A program made the position numbers and the translations under genes. 32,000 nucleotides of DNA from Saccharolobus solfataricus (GTDB lineage Archaea; Thermoproteota; Thermoprotei_A; Sulfolobales; Sulfolobaceae): NCBI RefSeq assembly GCF_900079115.1, contig NZ_LT549890.1:2670001-2702000 (forward strand), given 5' to 3'. The notes below the pieces were generated by a model, which was not told the origin of the DNA, did not search any database, and saw only the letters and a program-made list of their open reading frames with translations. Positions 17,894 to 26,272 of the stretch are shown one piece after another. Position 1 is the first letter of the stretch; each line of letters opens with the position of its first letter.

Positions 17894-18359
17894 AGATAAA
17901 TACTGTTAATGGTATAATTTAAACTTTCTGTAGAATAAAGTTTATATAAAAATTATTAAACTAATGCATAATCCTTTAGGTTTGAACTACTCAGTCCTTA
18001 TAGATAGCACAACCTCACCTCACGATAGTTTTCACTTCTTCCAAGAAACTTACCATATATCTCTTAGAATATATGACATACATTTTCCTTTTGAAAGCGA
18101 AAGATTGCCTAGTATTCTAAGACCTATTTTCAATACTTTCGTATTAGATGTTTTACTCTTTCATGCTATGAAAAAATAGTGGAGTGTTCTCATGTAGTCA
18201 TGTCATTTAATAAAATTATTAGTAAATTTATATCAAGCTTTCTCTATTAGTATACTGTACTTCCTTTAAGTAGGCCTTGTTCAAGAGCTTCCGGTATAAA
18301 AACCTTTCCGTGAAAATCGAGCATAGTACACACTACTTATTCAAGTGATGTCACCTGCT

Positions 18360-19302
18360 TTACTCGCTAGCATCAAAGGGCTTATTATAATACAGCACAG
18401 CCCAAGTAATAACAGCAAGCTTCCTGGCACAAGCAGTAATCAACTTCTTACCCTTCAAATTCTCCTTGTGCTCCTCATAAAACCGCTTAATAATAGGATT
18501 AACCTTGATAGCAGTTAAAGCTGCAAGATAGAAAGCCCTCCTCAAAACAGCATCACCTAGATATGCCTCTCGATACAACACTCTTCCCACTGGATTCAAC
18601 AAGAGGATCGAGACCACAGTAAGCGACAAACCTCTTCTTGTCACCAAAACGCTTAACATCACCAACCCTTGCTAAAATTATACAACCCAACGTTCTGCCA
18701 ATACCCGGAATCGTGAAGATCAAACTATCCTTAGGAACAAGATCCTCAAGCTCTTCCTCAATCTCCCTCTTCCTAACCTCAAGCCTCTCCAACTCGTCCA
18801 AGAGGAACCTAACCTCAGATAATACTATATTATCCTCCCCCCTCAATACCTCATTCAAGTTCTTCTTGGACAAACTGTCCTTATAGCCTAGAAGTATTAA
18901 ATCTCTCCTTAGCCTATTCTTAACCCTAACAATGCTCCTTGTAATAAAATCCCATTGGCTTGTTAACTCCTTAGCCTCACTCGTTGTAAACTCACTGCCC
19001 ATACTTACAACTAGCTCAGCGAGCTTTTTATCATTCTTGTCGCTCTTCTTACCCCTAATGTCCTTGAACTTCTTGAGTATGAGGGGATTAATAATCCTCA
19101 CGTCGTACTCTTTACCCAAGTACTTAGCCAAGTTGATGTGGTAAACTCCCGTACTTTCTATAGCAACTTTACAACCCTTTGGCAAGACTTGCTTTACTCC
19201 TTCAAAACCTTGCTTATTATTTTGAAATTCGTAGTATTTACCTTGGAAATAGACTACTAATTTATCTTTTGATACATCTATTCCGGCAACTGGGGCCTCC
19301 AT
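18360..19302 (-). pseudogene. IS110-family (DEDD) transposase with a single frameshift
   Basis: N-terminal ORF MEAPVAGIDVSKDKL...IESTGVYH...KSDKNDKKLAE ends ...GKSVVSRGISR* at 18553. The overlapping frame continues GDAVLRRAFYLAALTAIK...ARKLAVITWAVL. Confidence 0.85.
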
Positions 19303-19437
19303 GTATACTCACCCTTATTCGGGCTTCAAGCCCAATTTCCGGTCCGAATTGGAGGAGGCCAAACTACTGTCCGAGCTTCACTCCCAGGGGTTTGTACGGC
19401 CTCCACCCCAGTCAGATCTGTAATACGCAGATCTGAC
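19303..19437 (-). ncRNA. structured 5' leader of the IS110-type transposase (bridge-RNA candidate)
   Basis: On the minus strand: GUCAGAUCUG-CGUAUUA-CAGAUCUGAC; GGUGGAGGCC...(37-nt loop)...GGCCUCCUCC; GGGCUU-GA-AGCCC. GGUGA lies 7 nt before the AUG. There is no expression evidence. Confidence 0.3.
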
Positions 19438-19727
19438 TAATATGTTTTATATAAGGGATCTATCACGCCCTCACCCGAATCTTTGCTTCAGTTCTCTTCT
19501 CGATTATGCTTCCCAGATGAGGAGAATATTACTCTCCCCAGCTAATTAACCTATATAGCCTTATCCGTGACTTTGGTGAAGCCCAAGGGCCGAGGGCTGA
19601 TATTAAATATCATGAAATTCTATAAAGCCCAAACTCCCACATAGGAATTCTCTCTTGAAAACACGTGAGGAAACATAACGTTCAACAAGGCTAAGTTGTA
19701 GTCCATTATTCTCTAATTTCTTTTTCC

Positions 19728-21812
19728 CTAATCAAATCCTATTATGTTAACAAATACTCTAGAATTAATAAATATTGAAAACAAACTTAATATCATTATA
19801 ATCATTGCAAACTTCATGGTCAATATCCCAAATATCGCTAATGGTATACCAATCCCATTATATGTTAATGCTAGTATTACATTAGATGGAATAGCATTAC
19901 TTAATCTTTTCCTGTTTTTGATTAACCCTAATAAAGTTCCAATATCGTTACTAACTAGGATAATATCTGCTACATTCTTTGAAATATCTACACCATTACC
20001 CATTGCAACAGAAACATCTGCTAAAGCTAATGCTGCTGCATCATTAACACCATCACCTATCATTAAAACTTTATTTCCATTTTGCTTTAACTTTTCAATT
20101 ATTCTCACTTTATCTTCTGGTGATAAATTCGAATAATACTCTTGAATATTTAATTCTTTAGAAAGTTCTTTTACTTTATCCTCTTTATCACCACTTAAAA
20201 TTATGATTTTTAATCCCTCATTTTTCAGTTTTTCTAAGTAATCTTTTAGGTTAGGCCTTGGAACATCGGAGATATTAAAACTTGCTATTGGTTCTCCATT
20301 TATGTAAACTGCTATATCATTATTATTCTCAGCCTTTTTTACTTCTATGATTTTATCACTTATTTTTCCTCTAACACCAATCCCTGAAATTTCTTTAAAA
20401 TCTTTAACTTCTAATATCTTTACTCCTTGCTCTTTAGCATATTTAACTATAGCCTTAGCTATAGGGTGAGATGATAATGCCTCAACAGATGCTGCATAAG
20501 CTAAACTAAGAGAGTCACCAATAAACTGTGTAACAATCGGAGTGCCATAAGTGAGAGTACCAGTTTTATCGAAAATGATAGTATCTATCTCCTTGATTTT
20601 TTCGTATACGTTTGAATTCTTAATTATCATCCCTTTATGTAACATTTTTTCGTATAATGAAAGAGCCATAGAAGGACTTGAAAAACCTATAGCACATGGA
20701 TAAGCTATAGTCGATACAAGTAGACCATTAATAATACCATATAACCATAAATCTTTACCTATTAAAATACCATATAGCCCCCATGCTATTACGGTAATTA
20801 TTGATATAGCTAAAGCTAATGGCACCCATATTTTATCAATTACTTTATCAAAGAAAGTTAATATAGCGGATTTTTTCTGTTTTGAATAATTTACTAAACC
20901 AATTATTTTCGATAAATAACTATTGTTATAATCTTCTGTGATTTTTACCTTTAGATATCCACTACCGTTAGTTGATCCCCCAATAACAAAATCACCTTTT
21001 CCCTTTGAAACTGGTTCAGATTCGCCAGTTATTATTGCTTCACTAACTTCACTTTCCCCATCAACTACTACTCCATCTAAAGGTATTTTCTCCCCTGGCT
21101 TAACTATAACTATATCCCCTTTCTTTAGTTTAGTTACTGGCACGTCCTCGCCATTAATCAAATGAGCATAAGGAGGTCTTAATTCGATGACTTTATGTAA
21201 TGCCTTTTCAACTTTATTATTTAATATTGCTCCCATCCATCCAGCCGATAAGTGCAATGATGTAAGTAAAGATGATATGAATAGGAAACCAAATAAATTT
21301 TTATTAAATTCCAAAAATCCCACAATCCCCAAAATATAGGAGGATATTCCAGCAACACCGTATAAAACATGTTCATTTAATATTCCTTTTCCTATTGCAT
21401 GTGAAGCTCCCTTGTAAATTGGCAATGCTATATAAAATAAATTTGTAGTCACTAATAATATTATAGTAACACGAAATATTATATTATAATATTCAAAGAA
21501 ATACAGTAAGCCTAAAAGTGTAGTTAAACTCCAACTAATTATAGATCTTCTCCTTGAATCTTTTAATAGTTCATCCGAGAAAAGACTCCTATCAGACACA
21601 TAATATCCCAGCTTTTCTATCTCCTTTTTAATAATTTCTGAGCTAACCAATGAGTTATCATACTTTACAAACACCTCACTCGATTCCAGGACGACTTTTA
21701 CTTCATTAACCCCTTCTATTTTCTTTAAACCCTTCTCTATAGTTGAAGCACAAAATGCGCAAGCCATACCACCTACGTAAAATTTAGTTATATTATTTTG
21801 TTCTTGTGACAT
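19728..21812 (-). CDS. P1B-type heavy-metal (copper-type) translocating ATPase
   Basis: ATG at 21812 (the track starts at TTG 21815). HMA GMACAFC, TGES, DKTGTLT, GDGVNDAAAL. The TM6 motif reads AYPCAIG instead of CPC. Confidence 0.9.
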   Translation of the reverse strand: MSQEQNNITKFYVGGMACAFCASTIEKGLKKIEGVNEVKVVLESSEVFVKYDNSLVSSEIIKKEIEKLGYYVSDRSLFSDELLKDSRRRSIISWSLTTLLGLLYFFEYYNIIFRVTIILLVTTNLFYIALPIYKGASHAIGKGILNEHVLYGVAGISSYILGIVGFLEFNKNLFGFLFISSLLTSLHLSAGWMGAILNNKVEKALHKVIELRPPYAHLINGEDVPVTKLKKGDIVIVKPGEKIPLDGVVVDGESEVSEAIITGESEPVSKGKGDFVIGGSTNGSGYLKVKITEDYNNSYLSKIIGLVNYSKQKKSAILTFFDKVIDKIWVPLALAISIITVIAWGLYGILIGKDLWLYGIINGLLVSTIAYPCAIGFSSPSMALSLYEKMLHKGMIIKNSNVYEKIKEIDTIIFDKTGTLTYGTPIVTQFIGDSLSLAYAASVEALSSHPIAKAIVKYAKEQGVKILEVKDFKEISGIGVRGKISDKIIEVKKAENNNDIAVYINGEPIASFNISDVPRPNLKDYLEKLKNEGLKIIILSGDKEDKVKELSKELNIQEYYSNLSPEDKVRIIEKLKQNGNKVLMIGDGVNDAAALALADVSVAMGNGVDISKNVADIILVSNDIGTLLGLIKNRKRLSNAIPSNVILALTYNGIGIPLAIFGILTMKFAMIIMILSLFSIFINSRVFVNIIGFD

Positions 21813-21833
21813 CAAGTATTGAATAGTTACGTA

Positions 21834-21845
21834 AGTTTATAAACT
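21834..21845. promoter_or_regulatory. palindromic TATA element AGTTTATAAACT shared by divergent genes
   Basis: Its centre (21839.5) is exactly 27.5 nt from both the ATPase ATG (21812, minus) and the regulator ATG (21867, plus). This spacing fits leaderless archaeal transcripts. Confidence 0.45.
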
Positions 21846-21866
21846 ATAAAGTTTATAGTAAGTAAT

Positions 21867-21911
21867 ATGGTAAAGAGAAATAAAGTTATTAAACAGCAGA
21901 GTTGCCCATTA
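21867..21911 (+). pseudogene. HxlR-family transcriptional regulator, first 15 codons (gene split by an IS)
   Basis: MVKRNKVIKQQSCPL. Joins in frame to 22991.. after the IS and one TA are removed. Confidence 0.8.
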
Positions 21912-21968
21912 TACTTCGTCAGACTTTAAAGAGCAAGATTTATATTTCATGAGTAATACTAAATTGTT

Positions 21969-22427
21969 ATGCCGAAATCCAGAATGCACGGTATAAGGCT
22001 CAACAAGAAACAAGAGGAAGAGAGGAGGATTAACGCTGTAAAAGATGTGAGGAACGGGATGAGTATAAAGGACGTTGCCAAGAAGTATGACGTCTCCATC
22101 TTTACCGTGTACAAGTGGTTGAGGAAAGGTGACCTGAGCGCTAAGCCGAGGAAGGGACCCACGAAACTGAAGGACGAGGAAAAGCTCGTCCGAATCTTAG
22201 AAAAGAGCCCAAGAGATTTCGGCTTGAACTACGATTTCTGGACCTTGAAGCTCATAGCGTATATACTTGACAAGGAATTTGGGATAAAGTACAACCCGAG
22301 GAGTTTAAGCCCAGTCCTCAAGAAATTAGGCTTCAAGTACAAGAAAGGAAAGAGAACTTACGTTAGAGACGATAACGCTGTAGAAAGGTGGGTGAAGGAA
22401 CAAGGGGAGAAGCTTTTAAAAAAATAA
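21969..22427 (+). CDS. IS630-family transposase, HTH part (orfA)
   Basis: 152 aa. HTH segment SIKDVAKKYDVSIFTVYKWLRKG. Ends in an A7 run followed by TAA. Confidence 0.8.
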   Translation: MPKSRMHGIRLNKKQEEERRINAVKDVRNGMSIKDVAKKYDVSIFTVYKWLRKGDLSAKPRKGPTKLKDEEKLVRILEKSPRDFGLNYDFWTLKLIAYILDKEFGIKYNPRSLSPVLKKLGFKYKKGKRTYVRDDNAVERWVKEQGEKLLKK

Positions 22428-22981
22428 GAGAAGGGTACAAGGTACACATCTTCGATGAGTCGTACGTGTCCTACATAAACAAGGGTAAAGGCTGGATGAA
22501 GGTCGGAGGAGGGATAAAGGTCAACCCTAAGAGGAAGAGGTTTGCAGTAGTAGGCGGGATAACGATTAGTAAAGAGGGAATAACTTTCTCCTATTCGACA
22601 TACAAGAAGCCCTCGCTGAACTCAAAAGATATTATACTCTACTTGAGGAAGGTAATAAAGGACGAGAAGACCGTGATAGTGATGGATAATGCTAGAATAC
22701 ACGGTAATGAAGTGAGGGAATTCCTTGAGGAAAATGGGGTGGAGTTTGTTTATCTGCCGCCTTACTCTCCGGATAAGAGTCCGGCGGAGGGGCCGTGGGC
22801 AGTCCTCAAGAAAAGGCTCTACTCGAAGATTTACACGGACTTCGAGACCTTAATGTGGGATGCAACGAGGTTCCTACGCTCCATATCCAAGAGAGTAAAT
22901 GACCTTACGTATAGTGTGAAGAGGTGCGGTGAACCTTGGACGTCAATACTGAGTGAAGTTTTCTTGCCCTTTAAAGTCTGA
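22388..22981 (+). CDS. IS630-family transposase, DDE part (orfB, -1 frame relative to orfA)
   Basis: HIFDESYV, VIVMDNARIHG, YLPPYSPDKSPAEGPW (DD..E/D type). The real product would need a frameshift at 22418..22424. Confidence 0.75.
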   Translation: MGEGTRGEAFKKIREGYKVHIFDESYVSYINKGKGWMKVGGGIKVNPKRKRFAVVGGITISKEGITFSYSTYKKPSLNSKDIILYLRKVIKDEKTVIVMDNARIHGNEVREFLEENGVEFVYLPPYSPDKSPAEGPWAVLKKRLYSKIYTDFETLMWDATRFLRSISKRVNDLTYSVKRCGEPWTSILSEVFLPFKV

Positions 22982-22990
22982 CGAAGTATA

Positions 22991-23329
22991 ATAGATACTA
23001 TAAACGTGATTTCTAGGAAATGGCTACTCCTTGTCCTAAATACTATAGGCAATGAAGGTAAATTAGGATTTAATTCTATTCTAAATAGTATCGACGATAT
23101 TAGTCCAAAGGCATTATCAGACGTATTAAAAACAATGGAAGAGATGGGCTTAGTCAAAAAAGTTATAGTAAAATCTTCACCTCCTAGAGTAGAGTATTCA
23201 CTTACTTATGAAGGAAAGAAGCTAAGAAAAGCGGTAATCCCTTTATTCAAATGGGCTGCAGAACATACTGGACACTATGAATGCCCAATACTACAATCCA
23301 ATAAACTAAATAAAGAAGAGTATAGCTAG
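22991..23329 (+). pseudogene. HxlR-family transcriptional regulator, remainder
   Basis: IDTINVISRKWLLLVLNTIG...PPRVEYSLTYEGKKL. The reconstructed CPLIDTINVISRKW has the same spacing as the HxlR consensus CP-x7-I-x2-KW. Confidence 0.8.
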
Positions 23330-23367
23330 AGAATAAATATGTAAAATACCCATTTTAAAGATAGGAG

Positions 23368-23616
23368 GTGGCGAAGATAAGGAAATTAGAAGTTGAAGTA
23401 AGAAACATGTGCTGCGGTCACTGTGCTACTAATGTAAGTAAAAGTGTAAAGGAGATAAGTGGTGTAAGAGAAGTGGATGTAGATTTAAGAGAAGGGCTAG
23501 CATTTATTAGCATAGATGAAAAGGCTGATATGAACAGAGTAATAAATAATATAAGAGAAAAAATTACTGACCTCGGATACATGGTAGGTGAAATAAAGAT
23601 AATAGGAGGTGTATAA
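23368..23616 (+). CDS. HMA-domain metallochaperone (CopZ-like)
   Basis: 82 aa from a GTG preceded by GGAGGTG. Metal site NMCCGHC. Ferredoxin-like length. Confidence 0.75.
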   Translation: MAKIRKLEVEVRNMCCGHCATNVSKSVKEISGVREVDVDLREGLAFISIDEKADMNRVINNIREKITDLGYMVGEIKIIGGV

Positions 23617-23617
23617 G

Positions 23618-23788
23618 TTGAAGGCCATCGCACCTCTACTAATATCACTACCAATGTTGCTATCCCTATTTTTCATTATAGGCTTAATATCACCCCATGG
23701 ATTAATACAAGTAAGCAATACAGTCACACACACGTTACAACAAGGTATTAATTATTGTGAACAATATATGCAGAACTGTGGATGTTAG
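23618..23788 (+). CDS. small membrane peptide with a Cys-rich C-terminus (56 aa; below the ORF-track cutoff)
   Basis: TTG start 7 nt after GGAGGTG and 1 nt after the chaperone stop. MKAIAPLLISLPMLLSLFFIIGLISPHGLIQVSNTVTHTLQQGINYCEQYMQNCGC*. Confidence 0.4.
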   Translation: MKAIAPLLISLPMLLSLFFIIGLISPHGLIQVSNTVTHTLQQGINYCEQYMQNCGC

Positions 23789-24115
23789 AAGATGCTAGTA
23801 TCTATTGTAATATTTGAATGTTAAGTTATTAATTTTTCCAGCCATAAATTGTATTTTCAAATATAATAATATTTTATTGATAATTAATTAAAGATCTTAA
23901 TAGTTATTATTTCTTGATTTGATTATGTATAAATATTACAATAATGAACAAATCAATTAGGCTAAAGTTTTAGATACTAGAAGAAATCTGAAAAGCGCAC
24001 AACTGCGAAATCGTGATACTGAACGAGGAGAAATCAGAAGAAGAATTAATTAAAGGCCTAACCTTAATCTTGGTGTCTTTCAGAGGTAGACCTTACGGAG
24101 TAAGAAGTCACATAT

Positions 24116-24980
24116 ATGCGCTTTGCTAACTTGTTGAATTTTCCCGGACTTTTAAGGAGAGTGGACAACAATTTCATGTAGTTGAAATGTTTGCATTTAT
24201 CATCACTCCCTTATCCACTAAATACACTTGAATGTAAAGGAGGTTGTAGATTAAGAAGAAGGTCGAGAACCAACTCATTAACTTATTGGAATTACAAGCG
24301 AAGTCCATTGAAGAGACTCTATACTTTAATTTCCTAAACCCTTCTTCAGTGTAATCGCCTAACGTAACCCTCTTGTGCCCAACATTAAACCAATCAAAGG
24401 CATTGTAAACTGATAAACCATCGTGCAAGTAAACTACCCTATTCTAAAGTACTTACTCGCAATCCCCTCATGATAACTACGTGAAAACCACTCCTCAAGC
24501 TTGTTACCATGAAGAAGGAAATAGCTTTAGCTACAACCTCCCTAATAACCCAAACGTAGTAATTACCCCTAACGCAAGTAACCTTAGTCTCGTCAATGGC
24601 GTAACTCAAGGATACGGCATATCTGAGGCTACCAAGCCTCTCATAAAGTAAGGTGAAGTGGAACAACGTAGTCCTCCAAGAGGATAAGTCAGCTAGATAA
24701 CTCGCTAAGCTTAAAGCAATCTCCTCCCTAACGTGAAACCTAGGCTTAAGGTTAATATACTCCATTAAGGTTAAAATAACTTGAGTGAGCGCGGCTACTT
24801 CATTTGTCCATGATTTGCTCACCAAGAAAAATCCTCTGCTCACCCAAAAAGATATTACGCTAAACAAAAGGACTTATTCCACGCGCAAAAACAATTTGCA
24901 CAATTTATTTTAAATTAAGAAAATTGTTGTCCACACTCTAGTTTAGTGGAAAAATATTCAATAGATTAACAAAGCGTCAT
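24116..24980 (-). mobile_element. IS6-family-like IS (~865 bp) with ~58-bp imperfect terminal IRs
   Basis: Left end ATGCGCTTTGCTAACTTGTTGAATTTTCCCGG...GAGTGGACAACAATTT compared with the reverse-complemented right end ATGACGCTTTGTTAATCTATTGAATATTTTTCC...GAGTGTGGACAACAATTTT. Confidence 0.65.
24174..24867 (-). pseudogene. IS6-like DDE transposase split into two frames
   Basis: AIDETKV...YYVWVIRE, HDGLSVYNAF, TEEGFRKLKYRVSSMDF...YN follow the IS6 D-D-E pattern. The frame changes between 24439 and 24428. Confidence 0.6.
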
Positions 24981-25248
24981 TTGAAACACTTAGTTTAAAT
25001 TCCTCCCATACTTGTTTCACTGAATGCTTCAATTGCGCTAAAAAATTTTTGACAAAAGATTAAAAACTGTGATATATTTTCTTTTTCCAACTTCCAAATC
25101 ATATGTTGAGTTGAAGATAAACTAATACTTTATATGATTTATACTAAATTAACAAAATCATAATCCACACTCAATATTGCTAACGCTAAAATTTCTGATA
25201 ACTTCTTAGCCATATCGCATATATATTTAAGGATAGATAATCATTGGA

Positions 25249-25395
25249 GCTACTAGCATGCTTTGTGGATCTCTTCAATTTTTATCTGAGTTAACGTGGA
25301 GCTTACTTTTAAATCAAGGATTGATTTCGAATTTAAGAAAAGTTGATGAGCTTAACATCTTAGAAAATTGAAGTATTCAACAAGGCACTACTAGC
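25249..25395. mobile_element. 147-bp MITE with ~33-bp TIRs related to the IS6-like element ends
   Basis: GCTACTAGCATGCTTTGTGGATCTCTTCAATTTT compared with the reverse complement GCTAGTAGTGCCTTGTTGAATACTTCAATTTT. No ORF. Confidence 0.6.
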
Positions 25396-25487
25396 AATAT
25401 TCCTTATATAGAATAATCGGGACTTTAAGCTGTACAGTATCTATGCCTCGGTTTATATAAAATTGAAAACATAATCAGTATTGAGAG

Positions 25488-26021
25488 TTAGTTTTTCAAA
25501 ATCGAGTTGAATATACTTTTAAAAACGTCATATGCATCTTTAGTGTAAAGACATATCATAACTTTCCTTAGGGTTTTAGGTTTATAACCCTTTAGAACAT
25601 TAGCCATAATTCTAGCACATATTTCAAATGGATAACCATAAATTCCAGTGGAAATAGCTGGCATAGCTATTGAGCTTAGGGATAATTCGTCAGCCTTTAA
25701 CAATGATTTGAAAATTGCCGATTCTAGCTTATCTTCTCCCTCTATTCCATACCTTGGACCTACTGCGTGAATAACATACTTAGCTTTTAACTTCCCTGCA
25801 CTAGTAACGGCAACTTCCCCCACCGGAACTGGGCCGAATTTCTTAACGTATTCGTCACTTTCCTTCTGAATTATATAACCTCCCTTTCTAACAATTGCGT
25901 AAGCTACACCTCCACCATGTTGTAGGTAGGAATTAGCAGCGTTAACTATGGCATCAGCTTCGATTTCCGTTATATCCCCTTTAATAAGGTAAATTTCAAG
26001 GCCATATGGATTCTTGTACAT
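25488..26021 (-). CDS. macro-domain (ADP-ribose-binding / deacylase) protein
   Basis: 177 aa. [41 protein letters not shown]. Confidence 0.85.
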   Translation of the reverse strand: MYKNPYGLEIYLIKGDITEIEADAIVNAANSYLQHGGGVAYAIVRKGGYIIQKESDEYVKKFGPVPVGEVAVTSAGKLKAKYVIHAVGPRYGIEGEDKLESAIFKSLLKADELSLSSIAMPAISTGIYGYPFEICARIMANVLKGYKPKTLRKVMICLYTKDAYDVFKSIFNSILKN

Positions 26022-26272
26022 AAGTGGATTTCCTCTCTCGGTATTTTATACCTTAATCATTTTATTAGTAGTGTTATGCGGACCTATTCAATTTTCTTAA
26101 GCTTCTAATGGTATTCCTAAACACAAGTTATACATCTTGATCATTAATTGAAATGAAGATAGTATAGTAGTTAAGCGAGAAATATTCTATAGACCAACAA
26201 AGCATCAATACAATAAACGTTAAAGATAGCCTATACTTAACAATTTAAAGTCTAATCGTTAATCACTAAATA

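Larger units (their letters stand above)
18360..19437 (-). mobile_element. IS110-family insertion sequence (minimum extent; true ends not determinable from one copy)
   Basis: Transposase pseudogene plus a structured upstream non-coding region that ends in a 10-bp perfect hairpin. No terminal IRs are expected for this family. Confidence 0.6.
21912..22988 (+). mobile_element. IS630/Tc1-mariner-family IS, 1077 bp (ISC1078-like)
   Basis: About 24-bp IRs ...TACTTCGTCAGACTTTAAAG(A/G)GC. TA on both sides (21910..21911 and 22989..22990). This boundary choice restores the host reading frame. Confidence 0.85.

Noticed and set aside
17964-18179. 71-aa plus-strand ORF
   Set aside because: AT-rich intergenic DNA, no motif, and no ribosome-binding or promoter context.
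18268-19700. Imperfect inverted match GGCCTTGTTCAAGAG (about 18270) with TTCAACAAGGCT (about 19685) as ends of the IS110-type element or of a MITE it inserted into
   Set aside because: Only about 11-14 nt with a mismatch, and no further similarity inward. It could be chance or a distant relative of the IS6-like ends. This is insufficient to set boundaries.
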